A stretch of DNA of 64,000 nucleotides from an uncultured archaeon. Its GTDB lineage: Archaea > Thermoplasmatota > Thermoplasmata > Thermoplasmatales > Thermoplasmataceae. A model generated the notes under the pieces. It worked only from the letters and a program-made list of their open reading frames with translations. It was not told the origin of the DNA and searched no databases. Shown here piece by piece: positions 34,462 through 43,547 of this stretch (the first letter of the stretch is position 1; every line of letters begins with the position of its first letter). The position numbers and the translations under genes were made by a program. The DNA is taken from NCBI GenBank assembly GCA_000965745.1, contig CP009479.1, forward strand, positions 380,457-444,456. The letters are read 5' to 3'.

Positions 34462-35568
34462 ATGGAGAAAGTGAAGTATTACCTTGCCCTCGCAATAGAG
34501 AACAGAAACAAAGGAAGAATGAATGAGGCTGAAAGGAACTACATAGACGCCGCACTTTCACTTCTTTCCCATGCAAAGTCTGATGACACACCATCCAGGG
34601 CTAAGGACATACGAAGAGCAATAGATGTCCTTGACAACTTCCTCAACGTGTTCCACCCATCAGACACAGGCTCCGGAGATGATTATGCAAATGAAGGGTG
34701 GAAAATTCTCAACGAAGTCGGAATAAGCGCCTCCAGGCTCGAAAAAACATCGCTTGAGGACGTGGCTGGCCTCAGTACTGTCAAGGAGGAAATCATGAGG
34801 AGGCTCATTTACCCTATCAAATATCGTGACCTGTCAAAAAAATATGGAGTCAGGCCATCCGGCGGGGTACTGCTCTACGGGCCGCCGGGAACCGGGAAGA
34901 CTTTCCTGGCCAGGGCGATTGCCAACGAGGCCGGGGCAGCTTTCATCAATGTAAACCCCTCAAGCCTTTATAACCAATGGTTCGGGCAATTCGAGAAGAA
35001 CATAACCAGGGTGTTTGAGGCAGCAAGGCTCCTGTCCCCCTCAGTGATTTTCTTTGACGAGATCGAGACTATCGCCTCAAGGAGAGGTGGGTACGAGCAG
35101 GACGCGGCCTCAAGGAGAGGGGTCTCACAGCTTCTTATAGAGATGGAGGGTGTAGAAAAGACGAGGGATGAGGAGATATTTGTACTGGCTGCAACCAACA
35201 GGCCTTGGGACCTTGATGAAGCCATTCTGAGGCCTGGCAGGTTCGACATACGGGTTTACACACCCCTCCCTGATGCCAGTGCCAGAAAGAAGATGTTCGA
35301 AAACAATCTCAGGAACATTGCATTCTCTGATGGGGTCGACTTTGATGATCTTGCCTCAAAGACAGAAGGTTACAGCGGGGCTGATATTTCATACATATGC
35401 AGGAGGACAGTTATTGGCGCCTTTGCAAGAAGTGTTGAAGCCGGCAGAGAGATAAGGCTTGCTGGAAAGGACATGGAACAGACTATTGCAGAGGTGAAGC
35501 CCTCTGTTTCAGGAAAAACTGTAAGCCTTTATGAAAAGTTCTCCGGAACTTCAGGCATGTCAGCCTGA
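34462..35568 (+). CDS. AAA+ ATPase with N-terminal MIT-like helical domain (Vps4/CdvC-like)
   Basis: N-terminal ~65-aa helical segment (YYLALAIENRNKGRMNEAERNYIDAALSLL). Walker A GPPGTGKTF, Walker B IFFDEIE, SRH ATNRPWDLDEAILRPGRFD. Confidence 0.7.
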   Translation: MEKVKYYLALAIENRNKGRMNEAERNYIDAALSLLSHAKSDDTPSRAKDIRRAIDVLDNFLNVFHPSDTGSGDDYANEGWKILNEVGISASRLEKTSLEDVAGLSTVKEEIMRRLIYPIKYRDLSKKYGVRPSGGVLLYGPPGTGKTFLARAIANEAGAAFINVNPSSLYNQWFGQFEKNITRVFEAARLLSPSVIFFDEIETIASRRGGYEQDAASRRGVSQLLIEMEGVEKTRDEEIFVLAATNRPWDLDEAILRPGRFDIRVYTPLPDASARKKMFENNLRNIAFSDGVDFDDLASKTEGYSGADISYICRRTVIGAFARSVEAGREIRLAGKDMEQTIAEVKPSVSGKTVSLYEKFSGTSGMSA

Positions 35569-35627
35569 GGCTAGGCTCAACAACAAAGATTTTAATTACG
35601 AATATCTTGTTATGCATAGGGAAGAGC

Positions 35628-35945
35628 ATGACGATTGAAGACTTTCTTATGCCGGGTGAGGAGATTAAATATCATGGAGGCTCCAGCCTCATTTATGGTG
35701 GCAAGCCGTATGAACTGATAATAACAGACAGGAGACTCCTGCTTTACGGCAGGCGCGGGATGCTTTTCAAGAAGGATGATATTGTAAGCCAGAAGGTGGA
35801 GGAGGTTCAGAATATAAAGTACTCCGAGAACGGCATAATCAGAAAAGAGGGAGTTCTTCAGATTGACGCAAAAACGAGGTTCTCGCTTATAGGCCATCCA
35901 AGCCAGGTGAAGGCCATATATCAGCAGATCCTCCAGTTCTTCTGA
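35628..35945 (+). CDS. PH/GRAM-like small protein
   Basis: GEEIKYHG...YELIITDRRLLLYGRRG...IVSQKVEEVQNIKY...LQIDAKT fits the bacterial/archaeal PH (bPH/GRAM) beta-sandwich pattern. The ORF track uses TTG 35607. Confidence 0.45.
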   Translation: MTIEDFLMPGEEIKYHGGSSLIYGGKPYELIITDRRLLLYGRRGMLFKKDDIVSQKVEEVQNIKYSENGIIRKEGVLQIDAKTRFSLIGHPSQVKAIYQQILQFF

Positions 35946-35951
35946 TCAGAA

Positions 35952-36461
35952 ATGGCGCTGAGAGATACCTACAGGAACATGGTAGTGGAGAAAGTCCAGA
36001 AAAGGGCCGGATTTTCCCTTGACCAGGGAGGTGTACCTGCAAGGCAGTGGAAGAGAATATCTGAGCTTTCAGAGATTCTTCATGAAGCGGTTGTCCTGGA
36101 GCAGATGATCAGGGTTGAGGAAAAAAGAAGCAGATCTGTCTCGTCCAGAATATCCTCAAGAATAAGGCCCGCCAAAGCAGAGGAGCTGAAGCAATCGCTT
36201 TCTTCACTTGAAAAGGTTAAAAGCGGGATATGGAACAAGTGCGATTCCATTGCATATGATATCGTCCGTGAGAAGGAGATGTCGGGGGCCGATTCAGTCC
36301 ACGCGGTCCCCCCGGATTCCGCTGGAATCATGAGATGCCGTGCCTGCGGCGGAGGTGTCTCAATACTTGCTTATGACAATTATAAATGTACGAAATGTGG
36401 TCTCGGTTACTCAGCCAGGGACTACCTGGAAATTCTGATAAAAGATGTGGAAGGAATATAA
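35952..36461 (+). CDS. Helical protein with C-terminal zinc ribbon
   Basis: CRACGG...CTKCG near the C-terminus. The N-terminal half is charged and helical. Confidence 0.5.
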   Translation: MALRDTYRNMVVEKVQKRAGFSLDQGGVPARQWKRISELSEILHEAVVLEQMIRVEEKRSRSVSSRISSRIRPAKAEELKQSLSSLEKVKSGIWNKCDSIAYDIVREKEMSGADSVHAVPPDSAGIMRCRACGGGVSILAYDNYKCTKCGLGYSARDYLEILIKDVEGI

Positions 36462-36505
36462 GAATGAGGTCCGCTGTACGGATGCTGGAAAGCGGTAGTC
36501 GTATG

Positions 36506-37162
36506 CTACTCCTTTTCTGATTCTTTGTTCTGCCCCAGCTTCTTGATCAGTTCATCCACCGATTCTTCATCGCCGTTCACTGTGGACGGTGCCTTTTGAG
36601 CATTTTCCTGTGAAGGAGCTGAAGAGGCTGAAACGCTAATCTTATTCCTGATGCCGCTCAGTATGTCTTCCACCTTTTCAGGGTTCTTCTGCCCAATCTG
36701 GTCCACAGAGGAGGTTATCTGGTCAAGCTGGGAGTTCAGCCTTTCCTGTATCTGGTCTGATGACATCATTATGTTTTCTATGTTTGTGTTGATCTGTGTA
36801 AGCTGCTTGTCTGAGAGCTGACTCTTAATAAGGTCCTGAGAGCCTTCCTTTAATGAGGCCCATATGTCCTTGGTAGTTTTGGCGAATTGCAGGTTCAGGT
36901 CTATGTTGTCTAGAAATAATTTATAATCCTTAAGTCCCCTTATTGCGCTGTTAAGCATCACTATGTTAGACGCAAAAATACGTGCCTTCTGATCGTTTTC
37001 ATCTTCAAGGGCCATTTTTATGTCGTCCACGTTTCTTTCCCGGTTCCTTTCATAACTTCTTATTGCCCTTTCTATTTCACTCTTCCAGCGATTCAGCTTT
37101 GATCTTCTTTCCATGATCTTTTCGTTTTCAGTTTTACCAAACTTAAAAGGCGACATTGTCAA
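36506..37162 (-). CDS. ESCRT-III/Snf7-like coiled-coil protein (CdvB-like candidate)
   Basis: 218 aa. Basic N-terminal helices (IERAIRSYERNRERNVDDIKMALEDENDQKARIFASNIV) followed by an acidic C-terminal half and the tail DELIKKLGQNK. This charge polarity and pattern are typical of the Snf7 family. Confidence 0.55.
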   Translation of the reverse strand: MTMSPFKFGKTENEKIMERRSKLNRWKSEIERAIRSYERNRERNVDDIKMALEDENDQKARIFASNIVMLNSAIRGLKDYKLFLDNIDLNLQFAKTTKDIWASLKEGSQDLIKSQLSDKQLTQINTNIENIMMSSDQIQERLNSQLDQITSSVDQIGQKNPEKVEDILSGIRNKISVSASSAPSQENAQKAPSTVNGDEESVDELIKKLGQNKESEKE

Positions 37163-37320
37163 TCTACGTAGAATAACTAAGGGAATCAGATTATTAAGAT
37201 TTTCCTCATTATCTCGCTATTTCGCCCTCCGATGGTTCATGCGGGGACTCAATGAATTCTGCTGAAATACTCCCTCGCAGGGAGTTTTTATTTAATTGTA
37301 TGTTCATATACAAATAACTG

Positions 37321-37866
37321 ATGAGGCCAAGATACTGGAAGCTTGCAGTAATACTCCTTGCATTGGGGATAATCTTCACCTACGGGTGGACACAGAGTTT
37401 CCATTCGGTTAACAAGACGTACTTCACCTTCCCGAAGGACGGAAATGGAACTGCCATTGTTGTGTTCGCAGTTTCAAACGTGAATGTGAATGGTGAATTC
37501 CAGATATCATCCAATAACGCCACAAAGTATGGAAATCCTGCCCCGGTCACGGTTGTTTTCCAGAACGGAACAAAGGAGATGGCAAATTCCACCATGTTCC
37601 TGAATCAGTATTCGCTCACTGCCAAGTTCCATTTCAAGGGAGGACTGGGTGAGCCCGGATTCAGTTCTTCAGGAGGGATCGCAAACATAAGCATATCGAG
37701 CGGGGACCCTCTGGCAGTTGCATCAATAAGCAATATCTCTGAGAGTTTCTTTCTTCACCATCTGTCGGGGACCCTTCGGCTATACGGGTCAAACGTCAAC
37801 TATTACATGATTTACATTGATTCGTACGCAACTGTGAACGTAAAAGCGGTAGGTGGGTCTTTTTGA
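37321..37866 (+). CDS. N-anchored/secreted protein
   Basis: N-terminal TM or signal segment WKLAVILLALGIIFTYGW, then a beta-rich region with N-x-S/T sequons. Confidence 0.5.
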   Translation: MRPRYWKLAVILLALGIIFTYGWTQSFHSVNKTYFTFPKDGNGTAIVVFAVSNVNVNGEFQISSNNATKYGNPAPVTVVFQNGTKEMANSTMFLNQYSLTAKFHFKGGLGEPGFSSSGGIANISISSGDPLAVASISNISESFFLHHLSGTLRLYGSNVNYYMIYIDSYATVNVKAVGGSF

Positions 37867-38543
37867 ATGAAAAAGAGGCAGTGGACAAGATGAGAGACCT
37901 TCAGAGTTCCATAGAAACCTCCATGGGGTACAGCAGGGCCGGATCAAAATTCCCGGTTCTTTTTCTGTTAACCCTATGTGGAATTCTGGGAACATTGATT
38001 CTGTTCCTGGCATGGGACTTCTACAACTACTTCTCCATTTCAACCGATTTGACTTCGGTACCAATAGGCAGTGGTTCATCCGTGAATGTTTCCGCCATAG
38101 TCCTGCTTATGTGGATCATCATTGCCGCTATATTCTACAACATACTGGCGAGAGCATACCGTTCCACACCTACAGGAAAGTGGGATCGTGACCTAGATGA
38201 GGGGATAACCGGCATAATAAAAATAATAGAGAACGAAGACTGGGATGAGACGCTTATGGGCCTGAGAAAGGCAAAGCTTTCATTCGTCTTCCTCGGCGTG
38301 ATGCAGTTTGTTCTCTACTGGGCTCTCGCCGCAATTGTGTTTTCGCTGGTTTTTTATTTCGTTGCCGGAGCACTTTTCGGTGTCGGATACAGCAATCTGT
38401 TCATATCCGGAATCTCCGCCATAATAGTGCTTGGTCTCGGTGACAGTTCGATCAAGAAGAGTTACAGGCAGCTATGGTACATGGATGGCCTGATAGCAGA
38501 GCTGAGGTGGTTTTATCTCGAATTCCAGGGATCAGAACTTTAA
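37863..38543 (+). CDS. Polytopic membrane protein (about 4 TM)
   Basis: Hydrophobic segments throughout. TTG 37863 overlaps the upstream stop. ATG 37890 is an alternative start. Confidence 0.5.
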   Translation: MNEKEAVDKMRDLQSSIETSMGYSRAGSKFPVLFLLTLCGILGTLILFLAWDFYNYFSISTDLTSVPIGSGSSVNVSAIVLLMWIIIAAIFYNILARAYRSTPTGKWDRDLDEGITGIIKIIENEDWDETLMGLRKAKLSFVFLGVMQFVLYWALAAIVFSLVFYFVAGALFGVGYSNLFISGISAIIVLGLGDSSIKKSYRQLWYMDGLIAELRWFYLEFQGSEL

Positions 38544-38598
38544 ACCTGATCTCTACGTTGTTGCGAGGATAATCAAGGCTCTGATAGATGACGGTCCC

Positions 38599-38805
38599 AT
38601 GAAAAAGACAAGGCTCTCCACCTACGCTGAGCTTTCCTATGACAAGTTCATATCATACATGGAGTGGATGGTGAATAGAGGATTTCTGAAGGAAAGTGAC
38701 GGGGAGGTGTCTGTTCTTGAAGAAGGAGTGGAGACCTACAACAGACTTGTGGAATGGATATTGAAGTATGTGGGAAAGCTTAAGTTCAGCAGAAGAAGGT
38801 TCTAG
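38599..38805 (+). CDS. Winged-helix (HTH_45-like) protein; the domain appears to extend 5' of the ATG
   Basis: KTRLSTYAELSYDKFISYMEWMVNRGFLKE...LEEGVETYNRL matches small archaeal wHTH proteins. The in-frame upstream codons (DLYVVARIIKALIDDGP) look like helix 1, but no ATG/GTG/TTG occurs back to the stop at 38503. Confidence 0.55.
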   Translation: MKKTRLSTYAELSYDKFISYMEWMVNRGFLKESDGEVSVLEEGVETYNRLVEWILKYVGKLKFSRRRF

Positions 38806-39055
38806 CGGTCCGGGAAATGCATTGTTTTTACTCCCGCTTTTTTTTATATACCTTATTAGCCTAAATATTTGGGTTATCAGGATTTATACTTACCAATAAT
38901 ATGTGAAATCGACAGCTGAGGTTTCATAATTCGTCACTATGTTTCATCAGCTGAGCCAATCTAGCTGGTAGGGAGGCGTCCATTTTGTCACCTTGGGCAC
39001 TCTTCCCACTCTAGTTTGGATTCCCCTTTTTATTGAACGCAACAGGTTTGATTTT

Positions 39056-39760
39056 CTATGCTGCCTGCTCTTTAATGAGATCGCAAAACCCCCTGTTCTT
39101 ACTGCTTTTCTTTCTCAGGCACTTTCTTGCAACCTTCAGCAGGAAACTCTCAAATCTTCCGTAACTGACCCCGAATTCCCTATGACCTTTGCAGGCATCA
39201 ATTCCTAGATATTCTGCTCCTTTCCTGACCAGCTCAGAAGGGTATGGCTCGGCCTTTTCCCACACTCCAACCATCTCCCTGAGGAATATTCCGACAGTCA
39301 CGTCACCAATGCCTTTTGCAAGGCCTTTCAGCTGTGCAACCAGATCTCCCATTCCTGACACATCTTCGTGGATACTTGTCAGTCCACCCCTTGAGATAAT
39401 GCTCTTCGACAGTTCGTCGAGTTTTGCCGCAGTCTTGAAGTCATATCTTGTATAGCCGCCTGAATCAAGAATGGAGACAATCCTGTCAAATCCTGCATTT
39501 GTGATTGACTCCGGAGTCGTCAGCCCTTCAGATTTGAAGAGAAAGAAGGTCCTGACCGCTATCGACTCGGTTATTCTTGCCCCGAAGAGAACAGAGAGCA
39601 GAAACCATGGAAAAGGGTCTCCTGCAAGATCAAACCCGAACCTTTCTGAATAAAGCACGGAATTTGCCATTATCAGTTCCCTGTTTATCATTTCTGCTTT
39701 CATGCAAAACATGCATACCTGGTTCAAAATCTTGACTGATATGGGGAACCCCGTAATCAC
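39056..39760 (-). CDS. HhH-GPD-superfamily protein (putative DNA glycosylase)
   Basis: HhH-like LAKGIGDVTVGIFLREM and helical-domain patterns. The start codon is uncertain (several in-frame Met). Confidence 0.45.
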   Translation of the reverse strand: MITGFPISVKILNQVCMFCMKAEMINRELIMANSVLYSERFGFDLAGDPFPWFLLSVLFGARITESIAVRTFFLFKSEGLTTPESITNAGFDRIVSILDSGGYTRYDFKTAAKLDELSKSIISRGGLTSIHEDVSGMGDLVAQLKGLAKGIGDVTVGIFLREMVGVWEKAEPYPSELVRKGAEYLGIDACKGHREFGVSYGRFESFLLKVARKCLRKKSSKNRGFCDLIKEQAA

Positions 39761-39817
39761 AGCCTTATTATCATGGAATGCTGAAAAAGCCTAAATCCAA
39801 CATTCTGTTTTTATCGT

Positions 39818-40240
39818 ATGACAATTTTCATGGACGGTTTTTCTGTCAAGACGGAAAGCGAGAACCAGTTTACTGACATAACCGGGAGAATATCCGGCAG
39901 TGTGTCAAGGAGCGGTCTATCATCGGGCATTGCCAGCATATTTCTCCTTTCGACAACCTCTTCGCTGATAATATGCGAAAATGAAGGCGGCCTTCTGGAA
40001 GACATCGTCAGAAGAGCCATGTTCTTTGCCCCTGACGATATAGAATACAGACATAACAAAGCATGGGGTGACAACAACGGCAGAAGCCACGTCAAAGCCA
40101 CGCTCTACAGGCAGGACCTGACCGTTCCGGTAAGAAACGGTGAACTACTGCTTGGCACATGGCAGAGCATCTTTCTCCTTGAGTTCGACGTAAGGCCCAG
40201 GGAAAGGAGGGTGTCAATCACCATGGTGGGAGACGTGTGA
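39818..40240 (+). CDS. yjbQ: YjbQ/UPF0047 family protein (secondary thiamine-phosphate synthase)
   Basis: HTTSSL-like STTSSLIICENE, NNGRSHVKATL, LLLGTWQSIFLLEFD..PRERRV. Confidence 0.8.
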   Translation: MTIFMDGFSVKTESENQFTDITGRISGSVSRSGLSSGIASIFLLSTTSSLIICENEGGLLEDIVRRAMFFAPDDIEYRHNKAWGDNNGRSHVKATLYRQDLTVPVRNGELLLGTWQSIFLLEFDVRPRERRVSITMVGDV

Positions 40241-40295
40241 CCGGCAGCCAGATGCTGCCAAGGGAAATATATATCTTTTCTGATGATGTTGTCTG

Positions 40296-40928
40296 GTGTT
40301 CAACCAAGAACCTTTTAGGGTATCAGATCGCCGCAGAATAAGGAATTTTGTCAGGGAACACAGCCTTGGCCTCTTGATCAGCACGTCTGAAGATGGAAGA
40401 TTGCATGCTTCAAGCATCCCTTTTCTCATCGACTCAGAATGCACTGAGCTCAAGGGGCATATGGCACGCATGAATGAGCAGTGGAACAATCTGGATGGAA
40501 GGGATGTCCTGGTGGTGTTCCAGGGTCCAGGGCATTATATATCACCAGAATGGTATGGCGAAGAAGCCTCGGTTCCAACCTGGAACTACGTTTCCGTTCA
40601 TGTGGAAGGCAGTTTCAGGCTTGTTGAGAAAGAGGATAGAAAGATGGCCCTTCTGGATGAGATGGTGGCGCACTACGAAGGAGGCCTTGGCAGAAGCTGG
40701 TCTGCTGATTGGGGTGACAGCAGGTATCGTTCCATGGTGGAACACATAGCAGCATTCACCATCTCAATCGAAAAGATAGAGGGAAAATGGAAGATGAGCC
40801 AGAATCATACGGAAAATGGCATAAAAAATGTGGCCGGTGAGTTGCTGAAGGTCGGAACCCATGATGCTTCAAGAGTTTCAGGGATGATGCTTGAAAGCCT
40901 GAATAGTACTCGAGGTGAAGGTGCGTGA
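40296..40928 (+). CDS. paiB: PaiB-family FMN-binding protein
   Basis: HASSIPFLID, LKGHMARMNEQW, HYISPEWY, VPTWNYVSVHVEG, IEGKWKMSQN are family hallmarks. Confidence 0.8.
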   Translation: MFNQEPFRVSDRRRIRNFVREHSLGLLISTSEDGRLHASSIPFLIDSECTELKGHMARMNEQWNNLDGRDVLVVFQGPGHYISPEWYGEEASVPTWNYVSVHVEGSFRLVEKEDRKMALLDEMVAHYEGGLGRSWSADWGDSRYRSMVEHIAAFTISIEKIEGKWKMSQNHTENGIKNVAGELLKVGTHDASRVSGMMLESLNSTRGEGA

Positions 40929-40993
40929 TCAGTTCAGCACGTATCCGGCAAAATGAAAAGTAAATAATATGTGCATAGGAATCACGTACGCAT

Positions 40994-41758
40994 ATGTCCG
41001 TTGTCAACTTCAACATGGTTTCCAGTGGGAGCAAAGGCAACTCGACACTAATATGGGACCGGGAAAATCTGATTCTTGTGGACTTCGGGATAACGCTGAA
41101 GAGACTCCGGGAAAGGCTCGCAGCAAACAGGATAGGCGATCTTGAGGCATCTCTCTTCATCAGCCATGAACATTCGGACCATTCGAGGGGGGCAAAGATG
41201 CTGGCGAGAAACATGCCCGTGGGCATATACACCAGGGAAGCCACGGCCAGTGCCCTAGGCCTGAAGGATGCCTATTCAATAAGGGACTCTGTCGTTCTGG
41301 GAAATTTTGAGATAAAAGCAATCAGCGTCTCGCACGACGCGGTTGACCCCGTTGCATACAGTGTCAGGTGCGGCAGGACCATGATTTCTGTCGTGTCTGA
41401 CCTTGGCCGCATGACAGATGACGTGGCAGAGAGAATAAAGGGATCGGATATACTTGCCATAGAGGCAAACCATGATGAAAAACTGCTTATGGCAGGTTCA
41501 TACCCGGAAATGCTTAAGAGGAGGATCCTCAGCAACCACGGGCATCTGTCCAACAGGCAGACAGCAGAAAAGATAACCGGGCTGGTGAAGCCCGACACTA
41601 GGATAATACTCACGCACCTGAGCCAGGAGAATAACCGCCCGGAAATAGCACTGAATGAGATCGGGACAGCACTTGCCGAAAGCGGTACACCGTACGGGCA
41701 CCTTGAATGCGCGTCCCAGGATTCGGGAAGCTCATTTTTTTCGCTTGAGATAGATTAG
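40994..41758 (+). CDS. MBL-fold metallo-hydrolase
   Basis: FISHEHSDHSRG (HxHxDH), with later His/Asp motifs (SVSHDA, SNHGHLSN). Confidence 0.8.
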   Translation: MSVVNFNMVSSGSKGNSTLIWDRENLILVDFGITLKRLRERLAANRIGDLEASLFISHEHSDHSRGAKMLARNMPVGIYTREATASALGLKDAYSIRDSVVLGNFEIKAISVSHDAVDPVAYSVRCGRTMISVVSDLGRMTDDVAERIKGSDILAIEANHDEKLLMAGSYPEMLKRRILSNHGHLSNRQTAEKITGLVKPDTRIILTHLSQENNRPEIALNEIGTALAESGTPYGHLECASQDSGSSFFSLEID

Positions 41759-41789
41759 GTTTTTATCATTATGTCAGTTTATCTTCCCA

Positions 41790-42668
41790 ATGGAAGGTAT
41801 CGGGTTCATCGGCCTTGGCAAAATGGGTGTCCCTATCCTGAAAAACATAATGAGGAAGCATCAGGTTCTCGGGGTATACAATAGAACTGCCACCAGGGCC
41901 CAGCCATATGCTGCCCTGGACATGAAAATATTCCGCGATCCCTGGGAGGTAGCGGCGAGGTGTGACATAATTTTCCTTATGCTGTCAGATTCGAAGGCAG
42001 TTAACGAGGTAATGCACGGAAAGAAGGGAATTCTCGGGAACCTTGGAACCGGGAAGATTGTTGTTGATCTGAGTACTATTCATCCGGATGATTCAGTGCG
42101 GATAGCAGCAGAGGTGAGAGAGAGAAATGCAGAGTTCATAGACTCCCCTGTCATAGGAAGTGTGCCTGTTGCTGAGAAGGGAGAACTGGTTACAGTTGCT
42201 GGAGGCTCCAGAGAGGCCTTTGATGCCGTTAAGCCGATTCTTGAATCGTTCAGCAACAGGATATTCTATATGGGCCTCAACGGCTCCGGACTTAAAATGA
42301 AGCTGGTAAACAACCTTCTTATGGGGGCCAATCTCGCTGTTCTCTCTGAGTCTCTCCTTTTTGGTGAAAAGCTCGGCATTCCCAGGGAGAAACAGATAGA
42401 AATACTGTCCAGCGGCGCTGCATCATCCAAAATACTCGAACTGAAGAAAGAGCCTCTCCTGAATGAGGATTTCCTGCCCCAGTTTCTGCTTTCACATGAG
42501 TACAAGGACCTTAACTATGCACTGGACCTGGCCAGATCAAGCAGGGAGCCTGTGCCAATAAGTGGTGCTATCGTGCAGTTTTATGCAGCAGCAATGTCCA
42601 TAGGCCTGGGAAACCTTGATTTCTCGTCTGTACTGAGAGCGTTCAAAGCACTGAGAGGTATGTCCTGA
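41790..42668 (+). CDS. NAD(P)-dependent 3-hydroxyisobutyrate/6-phosphogluconate dehydrogenase-family oxidoreductase
   Basis: Rossmann IGFIGLGKMG. GSGLKMKLVNNLL pattern of the HIBADH family. Confidence 0.8.
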   Translation: MEGIGFIGLGKMGVPILKNIMRKHQVLGVYNRTATRAQPYAALDMKIFRDPWEVAARCDIIFLMLSDSKAVNEVMHGKKGILGNLGTGKIVVDLSTIHPDDSVRIAAEVRERNAEFIDSPVIGSVPVAEKGELVTVAGGSREAFDAVKPILESFSNRIFYMGLNGSGLKMKLVNNLLMGANLAVLSESLLFGEKLGIPREKQIEILSSGAASSKILELKKEPLLNEDFLPQFLLSHEYKDLNYALDLARSSREPVPISGAIVQFYAAAMSIGLGNLDFSSVLRAFKALRGMS

Positions 42669-43415
42669 ATGAACAATTTCGCTTCTGAAATATATGGAGT
42701 CCTCTTCATCCTGACCTGCATAATCCTGGTTTACACTTCCTACACAGACGTGAAAAAAAGGACGATAAATTCCTTCATTTTCCTGCCTGTGATTGCCCTG
42801 GGAGCGTGGTTCAATGTTGCCAATGGTGCACCACTTTTCTTCGCGGTCATTGGAATACTGATTTTCCTGGCAACTTACCTGAACACCAGCCTTGTGATTT
42901 ACCCGATCATCGGAGTGGCGTTCCTGGCTGTCTCGCTTTATTACATTGCGGGCGGAGAGTTCGCCTACGGGTTTACATCCCTTGTAATGTCCCTGATGTT
43001 CCTGATAGGTTTCCAGGAGAGGCTATTCGGCATAGGGGACGTCAAGGCAATGGTGGCCCTCTTCTTCTCGTTCACCGAATTCCCCTTCACCACTCCCTTA
43101 ATCACGCCAATCCAGATTGAGCTGGCCAAGGTAATGCCGTTATCAATCGTTATGCTGTTCAACATAGCGATTGTGTCACTGTTCTTCATTCCGTACCTGG
43201 TTATTCTGAACAGGAGAAAAGGGAGTTCCATAGGCCTGCATTCAGTGACTTCGGTTGATTACGATGAGAAGACTTACTCGCGGAACATGGCCAAGTTCAG
43301 TCTCATGGATACCCCCTCCGGAAAGGTAATGGTCTACAAAACCCCATTCATGATTTCCGTTTCCGTCGGGTTCATCATCACGATGCTGGCAGGATTCTGG
43401 TTCGTGCTGCTTTGA
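42669..43415 (+). CDS. A24-family aspartic peptidase (prepilin/preflagellin peptidase-like)
   Basis: Polytopic protein. Two Asp contexts: YTDVKKRTI and FGIGDVKAM (GxGD). Confidence 0.7.
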   Translation: MNNFASEIYGVLFILTCIILVYTSYTDVKKRTINSFIFLPVIALGAWFNVANGAPLFFAVIGILIFLATYLNTSLVIYPIIGVAFLAVSLYYIAGGEFAYGFTSLVMSLMFLIGFQERLFGIGDVKAMVALFFSFTEFPFTTPLITPIQIELAKVMPLSIVMLFNIAIVSLFFIPYLVILNRRKGSSIGLHSVTSVDYDEKTYSRNMAKFSLMDTPSGKVMVYKTPFMISVSVGFIITMLAGFWFVLL

Positions 43416-43547
43416 GCTGTAAGGGCAACGACAATTTGGGGCATGATTTGCTGCCTGCAGCGTAAGGACAAAGTCTGTCCCCGACACAAATTCCACATGA
43501 ATCGTTAGTGTTATTTAATTTCCTGTCACTATAGGGATGCGGTCGTT

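Noticed and set aside
38895-38960. C/D-box sRNA-like pattern (atgtgaa ... CTGA ... CTGA, with the permuted repeats cagctgaggtttcat / gtttcatcagctgag)
   Set aside because: The box C is imperfect, no C' box is present, and the guide spacing (8 nt to D') is too short. Not supportable without expression data.
40756-41244. 162-aa minus-strand ORF bridging paiB and the MBL hydrolase
   Set aside because: It is antisense to two motif-supported genes.
42806-43120. 104-aa alternative-frame ORF within the A24 peptidase gene
   Set aside because: It is an out-of-frame, Arg/Pro/His-rich product. The main frame is a coherent polytopic protein with a GxGD motif.
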